A stretch of DNA of 63,974 bases, the filler included, from Reticulomyxa filosa (lineage: Eukaryota > Protista > Foraminifera): assembly GCA_000512085.1 (NCBI GenBank). It is 12 parts of 12 records of this genome, joined end to end, with 100 filler letters (N's around TTAATTAATTAA, not from the genome) between each part and the next. Parts side by side here need not be neighbours in the genome. Positions count along the whole stretch, not along the records: positions 15,556 to 29,437 come from ASPP01008780.1; positions 29,538 to 42,462 come from ASPP01005633.1; 10 more parts are not named here. One strand, given 5' to 3'. The position numbers were made by a program, and so were the translations under genes. Positions 24,177 to 38,136 of this stretch are shown piece after piece. Below the pieces are notes generated by a model that was given only the letters and a program-made list of their open reading frames with translations, had not been told where the DNA came from and made no database searches. The stretch's first letter is position 1, and each line of letters begins with the position of its first letter.

Positions 24177-27100
24177 ATGTCAGTGTATGCAACTAAAACA
24201 CTGAACAGAAAAAAGAAAAAATTATCTGACGAAGAAAATGATGGCATGTATCAAGTATATCAACATAATAGTAAAAGGCAAAAGATTGAACATAAAGTGC
24301 ATCAATTAGAAAAAATAGTTAAAAATAATGAAGAAGATGAAAGAGCACATAAAGAAACTGATGCAAAATGCAATTTAAATGAAGAAAAAAAGAATGAATA
24401 AGTAAATGAAGATAATGTTTGGAAAAAAAGCAGAAAAATCAGACAACAATATTTTTGCAATAATTTTCCAACACTAGTCATTACTCATGTCAAATGAAGG
24501 ATGCTTATATCTGCATCATCTTTAATTCGTTTTATGAATATATACTCAAAGTATATCAGACCAAAAATAAAAGCACATACACAATCAAGGAAAGTTGGAG
24601 AACTCTTTATGTTCATTTGTCCAAAAGTGTTCAAAATTCAGATCTAGAAGAAATTTCCAATCGATTTAATGACATGTAAAGTAAAGAACTTGTTCAAAAT
24701 CTTTCTAAAGATGACAATGAAGTGCAATTTATAACATTAAAATGCTGCATATTTCAAAGATCATATCAAGAAGAAGCAAAAAAGAATAGGATTGAAGATA
24801 TGAACAATCCAAATGTGAATCGTTATGTTCCCATTAAAAATATAAACGTACTTGAATCAAAAAAAGAAATACTTGAATCACTTGCAGAATATAAATATAA
24901 TATCCAAGAAATTAAATGCTTCAAAGGACTTAAGATAGTAAAGTGGTAATATCATCAGCTGAAGAGGTAAAACGCATTCTAAACGATAATAATATTTTTA
25001 TGGATATCGGCAAGTGAAATTTAAAATGTTTGACCAAAATCGTCGTACAAGGAAATCATTCAAACAATGTCGAAAATGTTATGGTTTAAATCATATTGCG
25101 AATGATTGCAATAAAAACAAATATGCAAGTATTGTGGAAGAATGAGTAATAGTTCTACCCAATGTAAGTTTAAAAAATAACCAAATAAATATAAATGCAT
25201 GTTATGTAAAGGCAATCATAGAAGTGATTCATTGATTTGTCCAAAGACTAAAGATATTAGACAAAAACTTGGAATTTCTTTTGTAAGGCGTGAAAATGAA
25301 ATCATTAATAGAAAAATGAATCAAAACAACAATCAAAATCAAAAAGATAACAACTATGCTATAAAAATGATGAATGTCTGCCCTTCGGACAGAAGTTGCA
25401 AGCTTAAAAACTACAGTTGAAAAATTTAATATGTTTATTGATAAAATGATGCCACTGATCGAACAGAAATCAAAGTTTGTAGTCACTACGTTTTCAAATA
25501 ATGCACATATTAATGCAAATGAAACCATATATCAATGGTAAATCATCTTAAGATATACCAAAATAATAAAACAGCTTCTGTTCGAAGTCACAAATTTTAG
25601 AACAAAATCTATATCATTCACAACATTATATTTGTTTGCTTCAAGAATGTTTTCGTTCTGAGAAGCAAAATACAGACAATCACTTTCAATATTTGTATAA
25701 TCATTATTGGATTGAAACATTAAGAACGGGAATTCTTTGCAGGAAGAGACAGTCATTCAAACAAAAGATTGTTGTGCCCACATCCATACAAATTTGATAT
25801 TGGGATATTAGTCTTGTTAGATAGAAATATCATATCCAGGTCAAAATAAACTGTTATTATTCTGTAGTATTTACAGAATATTCAAAAACATGAAGTAATT
25901 TCAGAAGATGCAAAAGGAAATAAAGAAGATCGTAGACCTTCTAATAATAAGGCATTTTATTTGAGTAAATTTGAAAAAGAATTTTCAACTGCCAGAAAAA
26001 TTAGTGACCACATTATAATAGTGGATGATTGGAATGCACATCATCCTGCTTGGCTTGATAAAAACGTTGATGAAGTAGGAGAGTCCATTCTTGATTTATT
26101 ATCTCAAACAATTTGCATATCTTAAATTCATACTCATTTGATTGAATCTAATATAAAGAAAATTGCTTATCATGCATTGATATAACATTATGTTCTTCAT
26201 TATTAGCAGGACTTTGTTGCAATTGGAGAACTGATAATTATGATTTAGATGCTCAATCTGATCATTTACATATCACTTTCAGTATTCTTGCACAATGGAC
26301 ACCTCAACATATTAAACAAAAAAAAATGTCACTTGAAATTTGTCAAGTAACAATTGGGAATTATTTCGACAATATTTAACAAAAAATTTAGAAATATGGA
26401 CAAATGCACTAATGGACACACTCCAAAATTCTCCAGATGCTCTAAATCAAGCAGTAGAACCTTGGGGTCAGTATGTTGCCTATACAGGTAAATCTACAAC
26501 CGGACAAAAATTAGTGAACAAGCGTTGATGGAGCAATAAGCTACATAAAAGACGCAAGAAAGTGCACCAATTGAAAAGAAATTTTAGAAAATATAGAACA
26601 TCAGAAAATTACGAAAGATACAAAGAAGAAGCTCGATCATTTAAACGTATACTTCGATGCGAAAAACAAATGTACATTACAAAAAGTATAGAGTCATTAC
26701 ATGAATGAAACACAAGGCAATGTTCTGCCAGTTTAGGTCCTTGAATTCAAATAAAATTGAAATAATTTCGTCATTAATAATTCTAAAAAAATTTAGTCAC
26801 ATACTCAATTGCTGAAACTGATATCGATAAAGCAAATCTTTTAGCTAACTAGTTTGCTCAGCCACCAAAATCATCAGATGAAAATAATGAGCACTATGGA
26901 TATGTCGAAGATAAAATTTGTTCAGTTGTTCAAATGTCAAAAGAATCTGAAATAAGTGACTATTACCTGACGTATGCATAGTATCAATCGGAGATCACTG
27001 AAGAAGAAATAATTGAAGCTATAAGATATTTGTTGCGATACCCAAATCAGATCGTGATCCAACAATTTGTAAAAATTATAGTTCAATATCATTGTTATCA

Positions 27101-27450
27101 TGTGTGGGAAAACTGATGGAACGAATAGTAACAATGAAACTAATGAAATATTTAAATGAAAATCAAATACTACACCAAAGCCAAGCATGATTTCAATCTT
27201 GTCGCAATAAATCAGAATTACTGCACGTTTATCAGAATCAATACATGCATCATTTGATAAAAATATATTGACATATGCTGCTATGCTAGATATTTCGTCA
27301 GCATAAGATAGTGTTTGGTGTGATAGTCTAAGATATAAAATGAGTAATGAATTTAATCTTTATATTAGCTATATTTGTGGATTGACAGTTTTCTGTCTGA
27401 AAGATTATTACATGTTGTTCTAAATGGAGCCAGTTCATCAATATATAATT
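24177..27450 (+). mobile_element. Degenerate non-LTR retrotransposon (gag-like CCHC ORF1, APE endonuclease, RT)
   Basis: KQCRKCYGLNHIANDC and CMLCKGNH zinc knuckles, D/GDWNAHHPAW and SDH endonuclease motifs, LDISSA*DSVW RT motif. Many stops and frameshifts. Confidence 0.85.
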
Positions 27451-27856
27451 TCAACATATGATTACATTATGGTCATAAAAATAGAAGTTAGTGCTATCTT
27501 CAGAAAAGTCACAATGCATTATATTTAGTGATAAAAATAAAAGTCTTGACAATTTGTACGTTTTTCTTTCGTTTCTTGTTAGTGCCATGTCCTTTTGGAC
27601 CAGGTACGATAAACTTGCTCTGGCTGCATAGAGGATAGTTTTTGTGGTTAGGTGCGTCATTTTTTTGAATAGCATCAATCACAATCGCTCTGTGCAAGTG
27701 AAAAAAAAAAAATGTTGTTTTGGGCGTATTCTTAAGTTTACAGAAAATGAATAACAATTGCTTTTGTTTGCCAAAATTGCCTAAATGTTTTTGATCGCTT
27801 GATCCATTCTCTTTCTGTCCACTGCTGACATAAAAAAAAAAATTTGGGAGGGGGGG

Positions 27857-29128
27857 ATGAATAAAACGACCAAGAGCGAAGTGTGCTGGAGGCTCCCAAC
27901 GACAAATCTGGAAATGGAATTAGGTGGTTGCTCATCGGAGCATTTCATGTCAAGCGCGGGACACCGTTCTGTTCCCTTACATAACAGTTGTTCGCTTTTG
28001 GAGAGGGCTTCAATTTATCCATTCTCCGGCTCTGGCGTGTTTAATTTTCAAAGCCATTCACCAAGCGAGAAAAAGAAATACGAAAGCATGCAAAGAAGCC
28101 GTGCGCATTGTCCTGGGAAAGAAGTGAAGGCATCAGCAGCAGCAGCAGCAACAACAACAACAGCGACAATCCAACAAAAAAACATGGAAGTGTGCAGTAA
28201 CAATAGCAGCAATACGATAGCACAAGTATCCAAATCATGCGCAAATCCGCACGAATGGTTTCCACGCAACATCACCACCGTACCATCAGTATTAAGTGTT
28301 TCGTGTTCGGTGCCATTGCCAATGGCAGAAAAGAGAGAGCAGAGCAATAGCAGCCTGATATCTCGAGGAATGTTCTCAGTGCCCACCAGTTCGAAAAAGC
28401 AATTGTTGGCATCATTGAAAGAAGCACCGTACCTGAATCATCGCAAAAAAACAAAGACGAGTACAAAAAGAAGGAAGAAGGAGCACATGATGGAGACACA
28501 ATGCAGTGGTAGTTTTCAAGCGAGCCAAACATCGCAAGCCAATCCATTGTCATCAAATATGACCGGTCAGTTGCAAGACTCACAGCAATTATATTCACAG
28601 TCACAAAAACAAATCATAAGTCTGGAAGTGACAACTGATAAAAATAAGCAAACCACAACGCCGACGACGCCAACGACAATAATGGCAACAGCAACACCGA
28701 CAACGACAACAATAACAACACCGACGACAACAACAACAACAACAACAACAACAACGATGACCACATTGACGGAACATCCAAGGAAAAGACAACGCCGTGA
28801 AATGGAAAATGATGGAATGACATCTTCGCCAATATCGGATAAATCCGATGCAGCCAACGACGACATAATATGGTCGGGTGGGAAAAAAGTCAAGCGGGTG
28901 GCTTTGGAGGAACCCAAAATAATCCAACATCGCAATTTCCCTTTCGTCTGCTTGCAGACTCATTTGGATATTCCTTTGGATGGCTCCACCAATAATAACC
29001 ACGGTCTGTTCCATTGCTGTATGTCTCTTGAGTCAGGCCTGTTGTGTGGGCAAACCTTCCATCAAAAAAGTCATTGGGCAAGGCACTGCAAAAAATCTCA
29101 TGCCGTTGATGATGATCATTTCACTTAA
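27857..29128 (+). CDS. Low-complexity protein with a single C-terminal C2H2-type zinc finger
   Basis: 423-aa intronless ORF with poly-A and poly-T tracts, basic NLS-like runs, and FHCCMSLESGLLCGQTFHQKSHWARHCKKSH at the end. Confidence 0.75.
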   Translation: MNKTTKSEVCWRLPTTNLEMELGGCSSEHFMSSAGHRSVPLHNSCSLLERASIYPFSGSGVFNFQSHSPSEKKKYESMQRSRAHCPGKEVKASAAAAATTTTATIQQKNMEVCSNNSSNTIAQVSKSCANPHEWFPRNITTVPSVLSVSCSVPLPMAEKREQSNSSLISRGMFSVPTSSKKQLLASLKEAPYLNHRKKTKTSTKRRKKEHMMETQCSGSFQASQTSQANPLSSNMTGQLQDSQQLYSQSQKQIISLEVTTDKNKQTTTPTTPTTIMATATPTTTTITTPTTTTTTTTTTTMTTLTEHPRKRQRREMENDGMTSSPISDKSDAANDDIIWSGGKKVKRVALEEPKIIQHRNFPFVCLQTHLDIPLDGSTNNNHGLFHCCMSLESGLLCGQTFHQKSHWARHCKKSHAVDDDHFT

Positions 29129-29551
29129 AACATGCCCCTGTTTTTTTCAATACCTTTTTATTGAAGATTTACTTTGCTTTTTTTTTTTTTTTTTCTCACT
29201 TTTTTCCGTTTTGGTATGGTGCGTGTTTGTTTTTTTTCAATTGTTCCTTCATGTGCAAGAGGAAAATACATTTTTGTTGTTGCTGTCGCTCAGTCATGTT
29301 TGCGACAAAATGACGCTTCATAATTAGTTTTGCCTTTCCATGTCATTTGTGTGGTGTCTTTTGGCTGTGTGGATTGATCAAATGTAAAAAAGAGGAGAGA
29401 GAAATGAAAAACACATCACAGAAAAAAAAAAAAAAAANNNNNNNNNNNNNNNNNNNNNNNNNNNNNNNNNNNNNNNNNNNNTTAATTAATTAANNNNNNN
29501 NNNNNNNNNNNNNNNNNNNNNNNNNNNNNNNNNNNNNTTTTTTTTTTTTTA

Positions 29552-29583
<32 letters not shown>

Positions 29584-29633
29584 GTTAAAGTTTTTTTTGT
29601 CTCTTTTTTTAATTATGCAAATTTAAATGATCG

Positions 29634-30157
29634 CAATACACACCAGGACCATCAAATGCACTGGACTCGGAAGAATTGAATGCGTACGTTGATAAGGTCC
29701 AAGACATGAGCGATAATTTGTTTGATCGACATACTCACATAAAGGCAGTGGATACGCACGTTAATGAGTGTCGTCACGAAGTTGATCAAAAAATTGAAAC
29801 GAAATTTGGTTAAGCTATGTCAATCTTTTTTTTTGAAAAATGAAAAACAAGTTTTTTTTTAATGTTGAAAAAGGCTCCAAAGTAAATGACTCAGTTGAAA
29901 ACAAGAATGATCACGAAGGTAATGCTAACGTGGTATATGCTCGCAAAGTCAATAGCAAAGGTGCCAAAAACAAATCGAAATCGATGACAAAGTCACTTAT
30001 CGACAGTGTAAAATCGTCAATTTCTTCAATTATCAGCGATCCCAAAAAACTAGTTGGTGGCCTTGTGCTTGTTGGAGTTGCTACTGTTACCTACAAAACA
30101 ATCCTAATCAAACCCACTGAAAAACAAAACACTACTGAAAAAAATGTTGAATTTTAA
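29634..30157 (+). CDS. 3' exons of a protein with a near-C-terminal TM anchor, 5'-partial
   Basis: Exon ..EELNAYVDKVQDMSD..IETKF, intron about 29809-29873, then GSKVNDSV..KKLVGGLVLVGVATVTYK..EF*. Confidence 0.55.
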
Positions 30158-30901
30158 ACATATTTTAGGACCACTTTCTGATTATATCTCAAAAAAAGTA
30201 TACAAACGAATTTTATCAAAAAATTTTGATACCACTCTCTTTGATATCTTGTTTCTTTCTTTTATTGCCAGTAATTATGAACGTACACATTTCTTGACCA
30301 GTCTGAATATTTGAAATGTTGAAGAATAAGACTGCGACAAAAGTCCAAACTAATTGGATTTCTAAGATATTATGTTCATTCTGGCTGGTACAGATTAATG
30401 TGCTGAAAAGATGTATTAAATAAATTACAGAAAGTGCTGAACATTGTAATTTTCTGTAAATTTCAGTAAAAACTAAATGTTTTTAAATTAATTATTTAAA
30501 GGACAAACAATCACATGTTGTAATGAAACTAAGCACATTTGCAGATAGAAAGTATCGAATTAAAATTGCACGAAATAACGAACAATAATAAATGAATTAA
30601 ACAAGCAATAACAAAGAATTTTCAACTATTGTTTGATTTTTATTCAAGTCTGAATTGAAGCTTTCCATTACTATGTAAACATTTCGAGCAGGAAACAAAA
30701 TCGAAAATTGGTTATGCTTCTATGCGCATTTGAAGTATAAAGAACAGTTTGTACAAAGAAATAATGACCAGATTGAATCACTTGCGTATTTGACTTGAAA
30801 AATTAAAAACAGTTGGGAATGAAGAAAATAAGTTATATTTTTAATTTGTTTTCTTTTTAATTTCTCAATGTATCATTTTATGAACAACCAAAGTATTTGT
30901 T

Positions 30902-31249
30902 TTACTTTTGTGTTGGATGTGGAAATGGCAATTTAATATCATTAAGACTGCCAAACAAATCCTCAATTTCTTTGTTGATTTCTGCAATGTCCTGAGGCGT
31001 AGGTTGATATGTCTTCTTTGCTTCGTTAATGATAATATTCTCAGGGGACACCGATGCAATATTGAGAGTTGGTATGTTTGTGTTTGAAATTGAATTTAGC
31101 ATTTGAGACAAATCACAAACAACACTGTCTAGCTCTGATGAAATTTTCGACAATTGTTGACTCGGATTGTCAGGATTATTGCCATTAGTTTCACTCAAAA
31201 AATATAATTGATGTGAAATTTTTTGCAAGCGGGAAATGCTTTGTTTCAA
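30902..31249 (-). CDS. Hypothetical protein or exon
   Basis: 115-codon frame of helical character with no recognisable family. Confidence 0.35.
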   Translation of the reverse strand: MKQSISRLQKISHQLYFLSETNGNNPDNPSQQLSKISSELDSVVCDLSQMLNSISNTNIPTLNIASVSPENIIINEAKKTYQPTPQDIAEINKEIEDLFGSLNDIKLPFPHPTQK

Positions 31250-32181
31250 TATTACGTGGTCTTTTTTTTTTGTGATTTGATTTAAAGATCGAGTTTTAGG
31301 AAGGGGTTTGTTTTTTATTTTACAAACTGCCGGCTAATTGGGAGCTTTCGGAAGAAAACTTTCGTGTATTTAAAATAATAAATGAAGAAAAACGACGAGA
31401 AGCAGAAAACATGATCAATATCTGTATGATTACGGCAACAAATTTTTTAATTTAGCCCCTTTAGCAACACTCAAAGCACAACCGATAAATTTTTAAGACT
31501 TGTGATAATGGCCGTTAAGAGTAGTATTACAAATTTGTCAGTTATTTTCTTGACTTTTAAAATATTTTCTTTGATTATTTTACTTATTGATACGAAGGGA
31601 GGTCCAGGTTTGATCATATGAAGGGTTTACGAAATTCTTTTTCCTCTAAACTATTATTTTGTTACTTTGTTTTATTCACTTACCTTTAATTGAATGTTTT
31701 GTTTTGCCAAATTTACAAAAATGCGATACCAGATTATAAAAAACGTAAAAACAGTGCATAAAACAATAAATATTTGTCTTAAGTTCAATTTGTGGTGTAT
31801 TTTTTAAATAATTTTAGTATTTAATCTCTGTACAATAATCCTTAACTATCTTAATTTGATATTTGTATACTTATCAATTGTATTTAAGGGAGTAATATGT
31901 ACTATTTGACACAGATTTTTAAAAGCGGATTGTCATAAATATTTTTGTCATTGCTGGTTTTCTGACTGGTATGTATCTCGTTTTTTAATTTTTGCTACAA
32001 AACTCATGAAAATATGTTTTTATGTGCAATCTTTAATCTGCAGTACGATAAAACATGTCTAGCCTTTTTTTCTTTTTTCTTTTAGCCGGACATTCGTCCG
32101 AACATGAGCCTGAATTAAAACTTCGATCTTATTTCCCAACAAACAATCAACTTTTCAAGATATCTGTAATTATATCTCAAC

Positions 32182-33647
32182 ATGACAAGTCGTACATTCT
32201 ATGCGCAGCGACGGACAGCGATGCCGAAGCAAGACAGTGAAACAGCTGGAACGGCGTCAAAGAAAACTCATTCTCATCGTCCGAAGCCAAATGAATATTT
32301 ACAAAGACCATACAACAGAACAAGAAATCAACAGAAGCACGCAGTGATTAAAAAGACAAAGGCAGTAAATCCAGCCGGGATACAACAGCCAATCCAGGAA
32401 GAAGAGCAAAAGGAAGCAATAACAACATCCAATGAGCAAGCAAACAAAGTATTGCCAAAGCCTAACAACATCACTGCAGAGAAATTGCAGGATATTTCGA
32501 AAGATACAAATGTGAAGAGTTCTCCCTTGACCACTGTCGATGATGAAAACGACGTCAAAACGAATGGAGTCCTCGTCAGCGCCGTTTATCAACAAAGAAC
32601 TCAAAAGAAAAAGCCTTTGAAAGCAATGAAGAGACCACAGCCGCAGCCCGTCTTTTCTGTCAATGTACTTTGACGTCACACTTATTTTTTTTTTTTAAAA
32701 GCAAGTGCATTGTAATTACAAAAAGAGCAAAGGAATACTAATAAAACTTACAAATGAAATAAATAAATAAATAAATAAAAATAGACTCCCATAATATGTT
32801 TTCCATATCGTTGGAAAGATCCAGACGTCGATGAAAAGTGCATCAACAATAAACAAGTTTTTGTTTGTGTGCCCTCTCTTTTGGCGTGGAGAGATTGAAA
32901 GACGAAGATAATACGACGAATTGGTTATGTAATCCAATTGTTGTTGTTGTTGTTGTTGTTGTTGAAAGTATCATCGAAAGGAAGAGGAATTGCCAAACAT
33001 AATGAGCAAAGAGGCGTGTGTGAAACATTTGCTGTCTTATCAAAACTGCTGCAAGCGCTTTTTGTGTGCATATTTTTTGAACTTGAAGCAGCTCCATTCT
33101 TGCGATGGACTGCTAAATGAAATGATGGCCAGTCTCAATGATTTGATTTGCACTGTCGTCTATGACCATCCCAATCTCTCGGTTCATACCAAATTCATTC
33201 GCCAGCGCCGCCATCGCATTCAGTTTTGCACATCACTCTATATTTTGTGCTTTGTTTGGTGAATACTCGGTCCGCTTTTCCCTTTTGCACAAGCACACAT
33301 ATACATATGTGTACATATATGTATACATATAATTTGAACTGCAAGTCGTAGGACAGATTCGGTGTATTACGATTCGGAACTTGTGTGTCATCGAGAGTGT
33401 TCTTCGTGCACATTTGTGCTGTACTCTCCACAAGAGCTGGGAGAAGAGAAGACGACGGAAATGAAATCCGACGTAATGGACACTACTACCATTGCGTTGC
33501 AATCCGTTGGAATACGTCCTTTCCAACACGCCGATGCAACAACGTCGCAGTACACACCCAGTACTACGGCGTTTTCCGAACACGCCATTACACTTTCTCA
33601 ATTCCTACACAAATCTGATGGCAAGGATAACAATAACAATAACAATG

Positions 33648-33680
<33 letters not shown>

Positions 33681-35708
33681 GTAATGAAAGTGATGAGATT
33701 GACAGTGATTGCAGTAGCGATAGTAAAACTAAATCGAAAGTAAAGATAAAAGCCATTGCAACAGCAAAAAAACAAAAGAGATCAAAGTAAAAATAAAAGA
33801 CACACCACGTACGAGATGCAATTCAATTGATTCGATCAAAGACGACATTGCAAGCAGAGATGAATCCTCCATGCAAAAAGTAGAAACGCAGTCTTGTCCC
33901 GACTTGCAGTGTGACGGCTTTAGTTTGGACTCCGATCTGCAAGACACGCCAGCGCAGATGGCTTTGCCAAATGATCATGATCATGCACACTTTTCATCGT
34001 CGGAACTGCAGACGAATCGAGATTCATTTGACCCTTGTCAAGCCATCAAACATCACATCGGTTTTGTGTTCCCTTCACAGGAATATATTACTATATACGT
34101 ACGTGTTTGTGTGTCGCATTCTGTTGCCAAACGTCGTTTGTTGTTACGTCACAATTGACTGTTTGTTTGCATTCGCTTATAATGTATTTTGAAGAGCTGT
34201 TGTATCATTGGATTCACTACTATCCAAGCGATTTTTCCGATGAAATGCTGTTGCAAACGCTGATGCGGTTTATCGAGACATGCAAGGAGCGGACGAAAGC
34301 GTTGAAGCCACTAAAGCGACGCTGGACTCGACTGACCGAGTTGATCCGTCGTCGCAAGCCTCGAATGAAAGAGAATATGTTGTGCACGTGTTCCATTAGC
34401 AACTTACGTATCAATCCAAAGGTTGCCGTCACCGATCACAACGTCACACAATACCGTTTCACGGACAGCTTCTTTCCGCCACCAGAGTTGGTTTCGCATT
34501 TGACGAGCAAAATCGACTTGTTGCAAGTTCAACCGGCCACCGTGGCGGAGCAGTTGACATTGATTGACACTGACATTTTCTTGCGAATTGAAATTCGGGG
34601 TTTAGTTTGTTATTATTATTGAAACGTCTATTGTCGTTTGTATTATTTTATTGGTTTGTTTTGTGTTTGAAAAAAAAAGAATTAACCAATTGTGCTTGGC
34701 AAAACTGCGAACATTTGGACAGCGACATACTTCCAAATGACAGTAACAAGAATTCTCCACCAATTCCTATTCCGGAAGAGGAGACATTGGAGGGGATATT
34801 AGAGCCAAAGCCCTTGTCGCATGATGACTCCAACATGGCTCCGTTATCCCATACTTCGGAGTCAGTTCCGGACACAAACGGAGCCGACTCCTCCAATGAG
34901 CCCAGGGCTGACCCTGCGATGGTCAATGAAACGCAGCGTCATACGTCTTGGATGCACAAGTTGAAAAACGTAAAGATCGACGCGCCCAATCTCTTGTACA
35001 TGATCGACCATGTCAATCGTTTGTCGCTTTGGGTTGCCACTGCCATTTTGCAAGAGAAAACTATTGCACAGCAGGTTGCCATGTGCAAATTCTTTTACTT
35101 TGTCGCGCACCATTGCTTGCAACTCAACAATATTCACAGCTGTACTGCCATTTTCGCCGGCATTTGTCTGGAGCCTGTCGATCGTCTGAAGCACGTCAAA
35201 GCCTTACTGCTTCAAGACTCGGTCATACAAATGTATCACTGCGGATTCATGTGCTTGTTCAGTTCGGAAAAAAATTACAGATATTATCGTAATATCGTGG
35301 AACAGTGGTTTGAGAGCGAACAGTTTTGTAACATTTGCTACACACAGAATACACACATCGGTCGCATATGCTTTTGTGCGCAATATCTGCTCTTTGGTGC
35401 ACAGCATTCGTCCATGCTTGCCTTTCATGCCTGTACTGGTGAAAGACTTGTTCGTTGTGCAAACAAATTTGATGTCGAAAAATCCACAAACTTATGAAAA
35501 AGAAGTCAATCTAAGAATGTTGGAAAAAAACTGTCGACTAATTCGGCGCTTTTATGAAATGCAACAACGATCAAAATTGTACGCAAACTCCATTTCAAAA
35601 GATGTGGACGCACAAAGCATCATACGCATGAGTGTCGCTTGCCACAAACATTTGGATACGCTGAGACTGATCTCCTTGGAAATTCAACCAAAAATCATCA
35701 AAACATAA
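32182..35708 (+). CDS. Ras guanine-nucleotide exchange factor (REM + CDC25 domains), multi-exon
   Basis: LLYHWIHYYPSDF (REM), VAEQLTLIDTDIF, APNLLYMIDHVNRLSLWVATAIL, CLQLNNIHS, SSEKNYRYYR, PCLPFMPVLVKDL and SLEIQPK*. Start codon is 32182 or 32221. Confidence 0.92.
33630..33680 (+). repeat. (AAT/AAC)n microsatellite encoding poly-Asn in the RasGEF
   Basis: Direct read: aacaataacaataacaatgataataataat... Confidence 0.85.
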
Positions 35709-36155
35709 CTGTAGACCCCAAATAAATCCTTTTTTAGTAACAGCGGAGAGGGAAAAAAGCTTTGACACATCCGCATTTTTTTTTGTTTTTCCTCATCCGG
35801 TCTATTTTCTTGTTTTAGTAAATTCTTTGGTTCAGGTAGTGGATTGTTTTAAAGTTTTTTCTTTTTTATTTTTCTTTTTCTGTTTTTCTCTTTCGTTTCT
35901 GTAAATCATCAGTCAGGTAATTGCAATAGGATAAGTGATAGTTTGCCAAACACTGAACTGATTTTTTTGGACTAGCAAACATACTGTTCTAGATATTGAA
36001 AATTTGATTGTCTTTGCTCTTCCTCTCCATTTTTAATTAGATTAAAACAATATTCGCGCTCTTGCGTTATGCAATTCATCAAAGAATACTGTTGAAGGGT
36101 AAACAAAGCAAAGAAGCGAACGTTAAAAAGAGTTTCAAAATTCAAAGCTGTTTAA

Positions 36156-37795
36156 ATGCAACAACGGCTGAAACAGTTATTTGCAAATGTCAAATTTTCA
36201 GACATTATTCATCAATTCGACTTAAGACCAATTGACAGACCATCAAGAAAAAACGAAGAAGATGAAGACGTAACAGACGAAGAGGTCGGGTTGATATCAG
36301 TGCAAAAGAAATTTGTTTCACAACCTGACCCGAGCTTGAAACGCAAAAGTGCATTGTTTGCAGTATGTTTTTACTGGTAAGACTCAGAACAAACATAGAA
36401 AAAAGGAATCAAAGAAAATGGAGCAAAGGCATAAATAATAAACACCATACAAAAAAAAAAGGATAACATCATTGTCGTTAGTATTCTTAAATAAATTGAC
36501 AATAGTGGAAGGAAAGAACAATATAAGAATTCCATTGTTTTTGACTTGGACACAATGTGTCGTAACTGCACTCTGGTGTGTTAAGAACGAAAAATGAACC
36601 CAAAAAAAAAATGTGTTTGGATTGTGTAAATATTTTTTGATTGACAATTTGCACATAAAAGTGGTTGGTTTTTTGGAATGATGGGAAAACGTGTCCAACT
36701 TTTTTCACCGTTTCCACCGTTTGAATTTGAGGTAAATGTTTGGTGATGTCCAAGATATTTACATGTGTGCATGTACATACATTTTGTTTATCTTTACAAA
36801 TTATGTATACATACAAGAAGATATGTATATATGTTTATGACATGTTTTGAATTAGCTCGCAATAGCTAAAAAAATAATGCCATTGACATTGCTATTTCTA
36901 GGAATGACAATGTCCCATTATTACTGTTTGCAATTTGTGGACATATCATTTTATCAAATGTCACGGCCGTTGACTATTATACTCAATCTTGTTTTTACCA
37001 ATTGTTGGTTTCGACAATGCAAGACTGATCTAAACATTGTTTTTCTTTGTTGTCTGATCGTGATTGGATCTTTTATCAATTCTACTGACGAATTTCACTT
37101 TAGCATTGTTGTTAGGTTCTTTTTTTTATGTTTTATTTCTAAGGTTTTCATAGACGCATGATATATCCCCATACATTGATAAGAACAAACGAGTGGGGAT
37201 AAAAACAAAAAATAAGGGTTTATTGGTCGGATTGCTATCCTCTACATTTATCACTTTGCACGGTCTTTGTATCAAAAAAGCATTGCCAATTGTCATGGAT
37301 GATCCACAGCAACTTCTTATGTATAGCAGTATCAATTCCATAGTTTTCCTTTTGCCGTGCATTTATTATTTCACAGTTCTCTTCACACTATATATCAAAT
37401 ATCCGTATACATATACACTTTTTTGTTATATGTAGCAATCACTATTTTTTCTCCTTGCATTTTTATATACGTTTTAAGAAATGTTCACAAAAAAAAAAAA
37501 AAAGGAAGAGATAAAAGTATTGAAAACGAATAAAAAAATGTTTGGAACATTGATATTTTGGGCATCTACCGCAACAACTGGAATATTTGGTTATTTGATA
37601 AGCCTTGCATCATATCTTCAAATTGGGTACACTAGTCCTTTGTCTCATTGTATTTCCGCCACAGCAAAAACTGCAATTCAAATAATCATTATATTTACCT
37701 TTTTTGAAAATTATGTTACTATGCATGTCGTTATTGGTACTGCCATTATTGTATTTGCCTCACTACTATATGCTGGTGTTTCAAAAGAATGTTGA
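36156..37795 (+). CDS. Nucleotide-sugar transporter, GDP-fucose transporter (SLC35C1)-like, multi-exon
   Basis: AVCFYW, PLTLLFLGM..CLQFVDISFYQMSRPLTIILNL and LQIGYTSPLSHCISATAKTAIQ match the SLC35C1 pattern LQIK.TSPLTHN.SGTAKA. Confidence 0.82.
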
Positions 37796-38136
37796 TATTT
37801 GGAATGCTCAAAGAAAAAGGAGGAAATTTTTTAATTCCTCCTCTTCTCCTGTTCTCGTTTCTTATTCTACACCAGATCCGTCCAACAACTGCTCACTTGA
37901 TAAAACAGTTGTAAAGAAAAAACAACATTGGCAATCGAACAAAAATTAATGTAGTGCAGACTTTTTCTATTCGAAGATACTTCTGACAAAGCTGTTTCTG
38001 TCACCATCTTATTCAAATCTTTGCTTTTTTATTTGCAAAAAGTAAATTTACAAAAGAAGGCCAAAAAAAGAAAATGTTCAAAACAGCGTAGCTGCAAAAA
38101 ATCAAGGGCTGTACTTTTTTTTAATTTGAATTTTTC

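Noticed and set aside
28041-29081. Poly-Cys, poly-Val and poly-Leu antisense ORFs
   Set aside because: Shadows of the (ACA)n and (GCA)n repeats in the real plus-strand gene.
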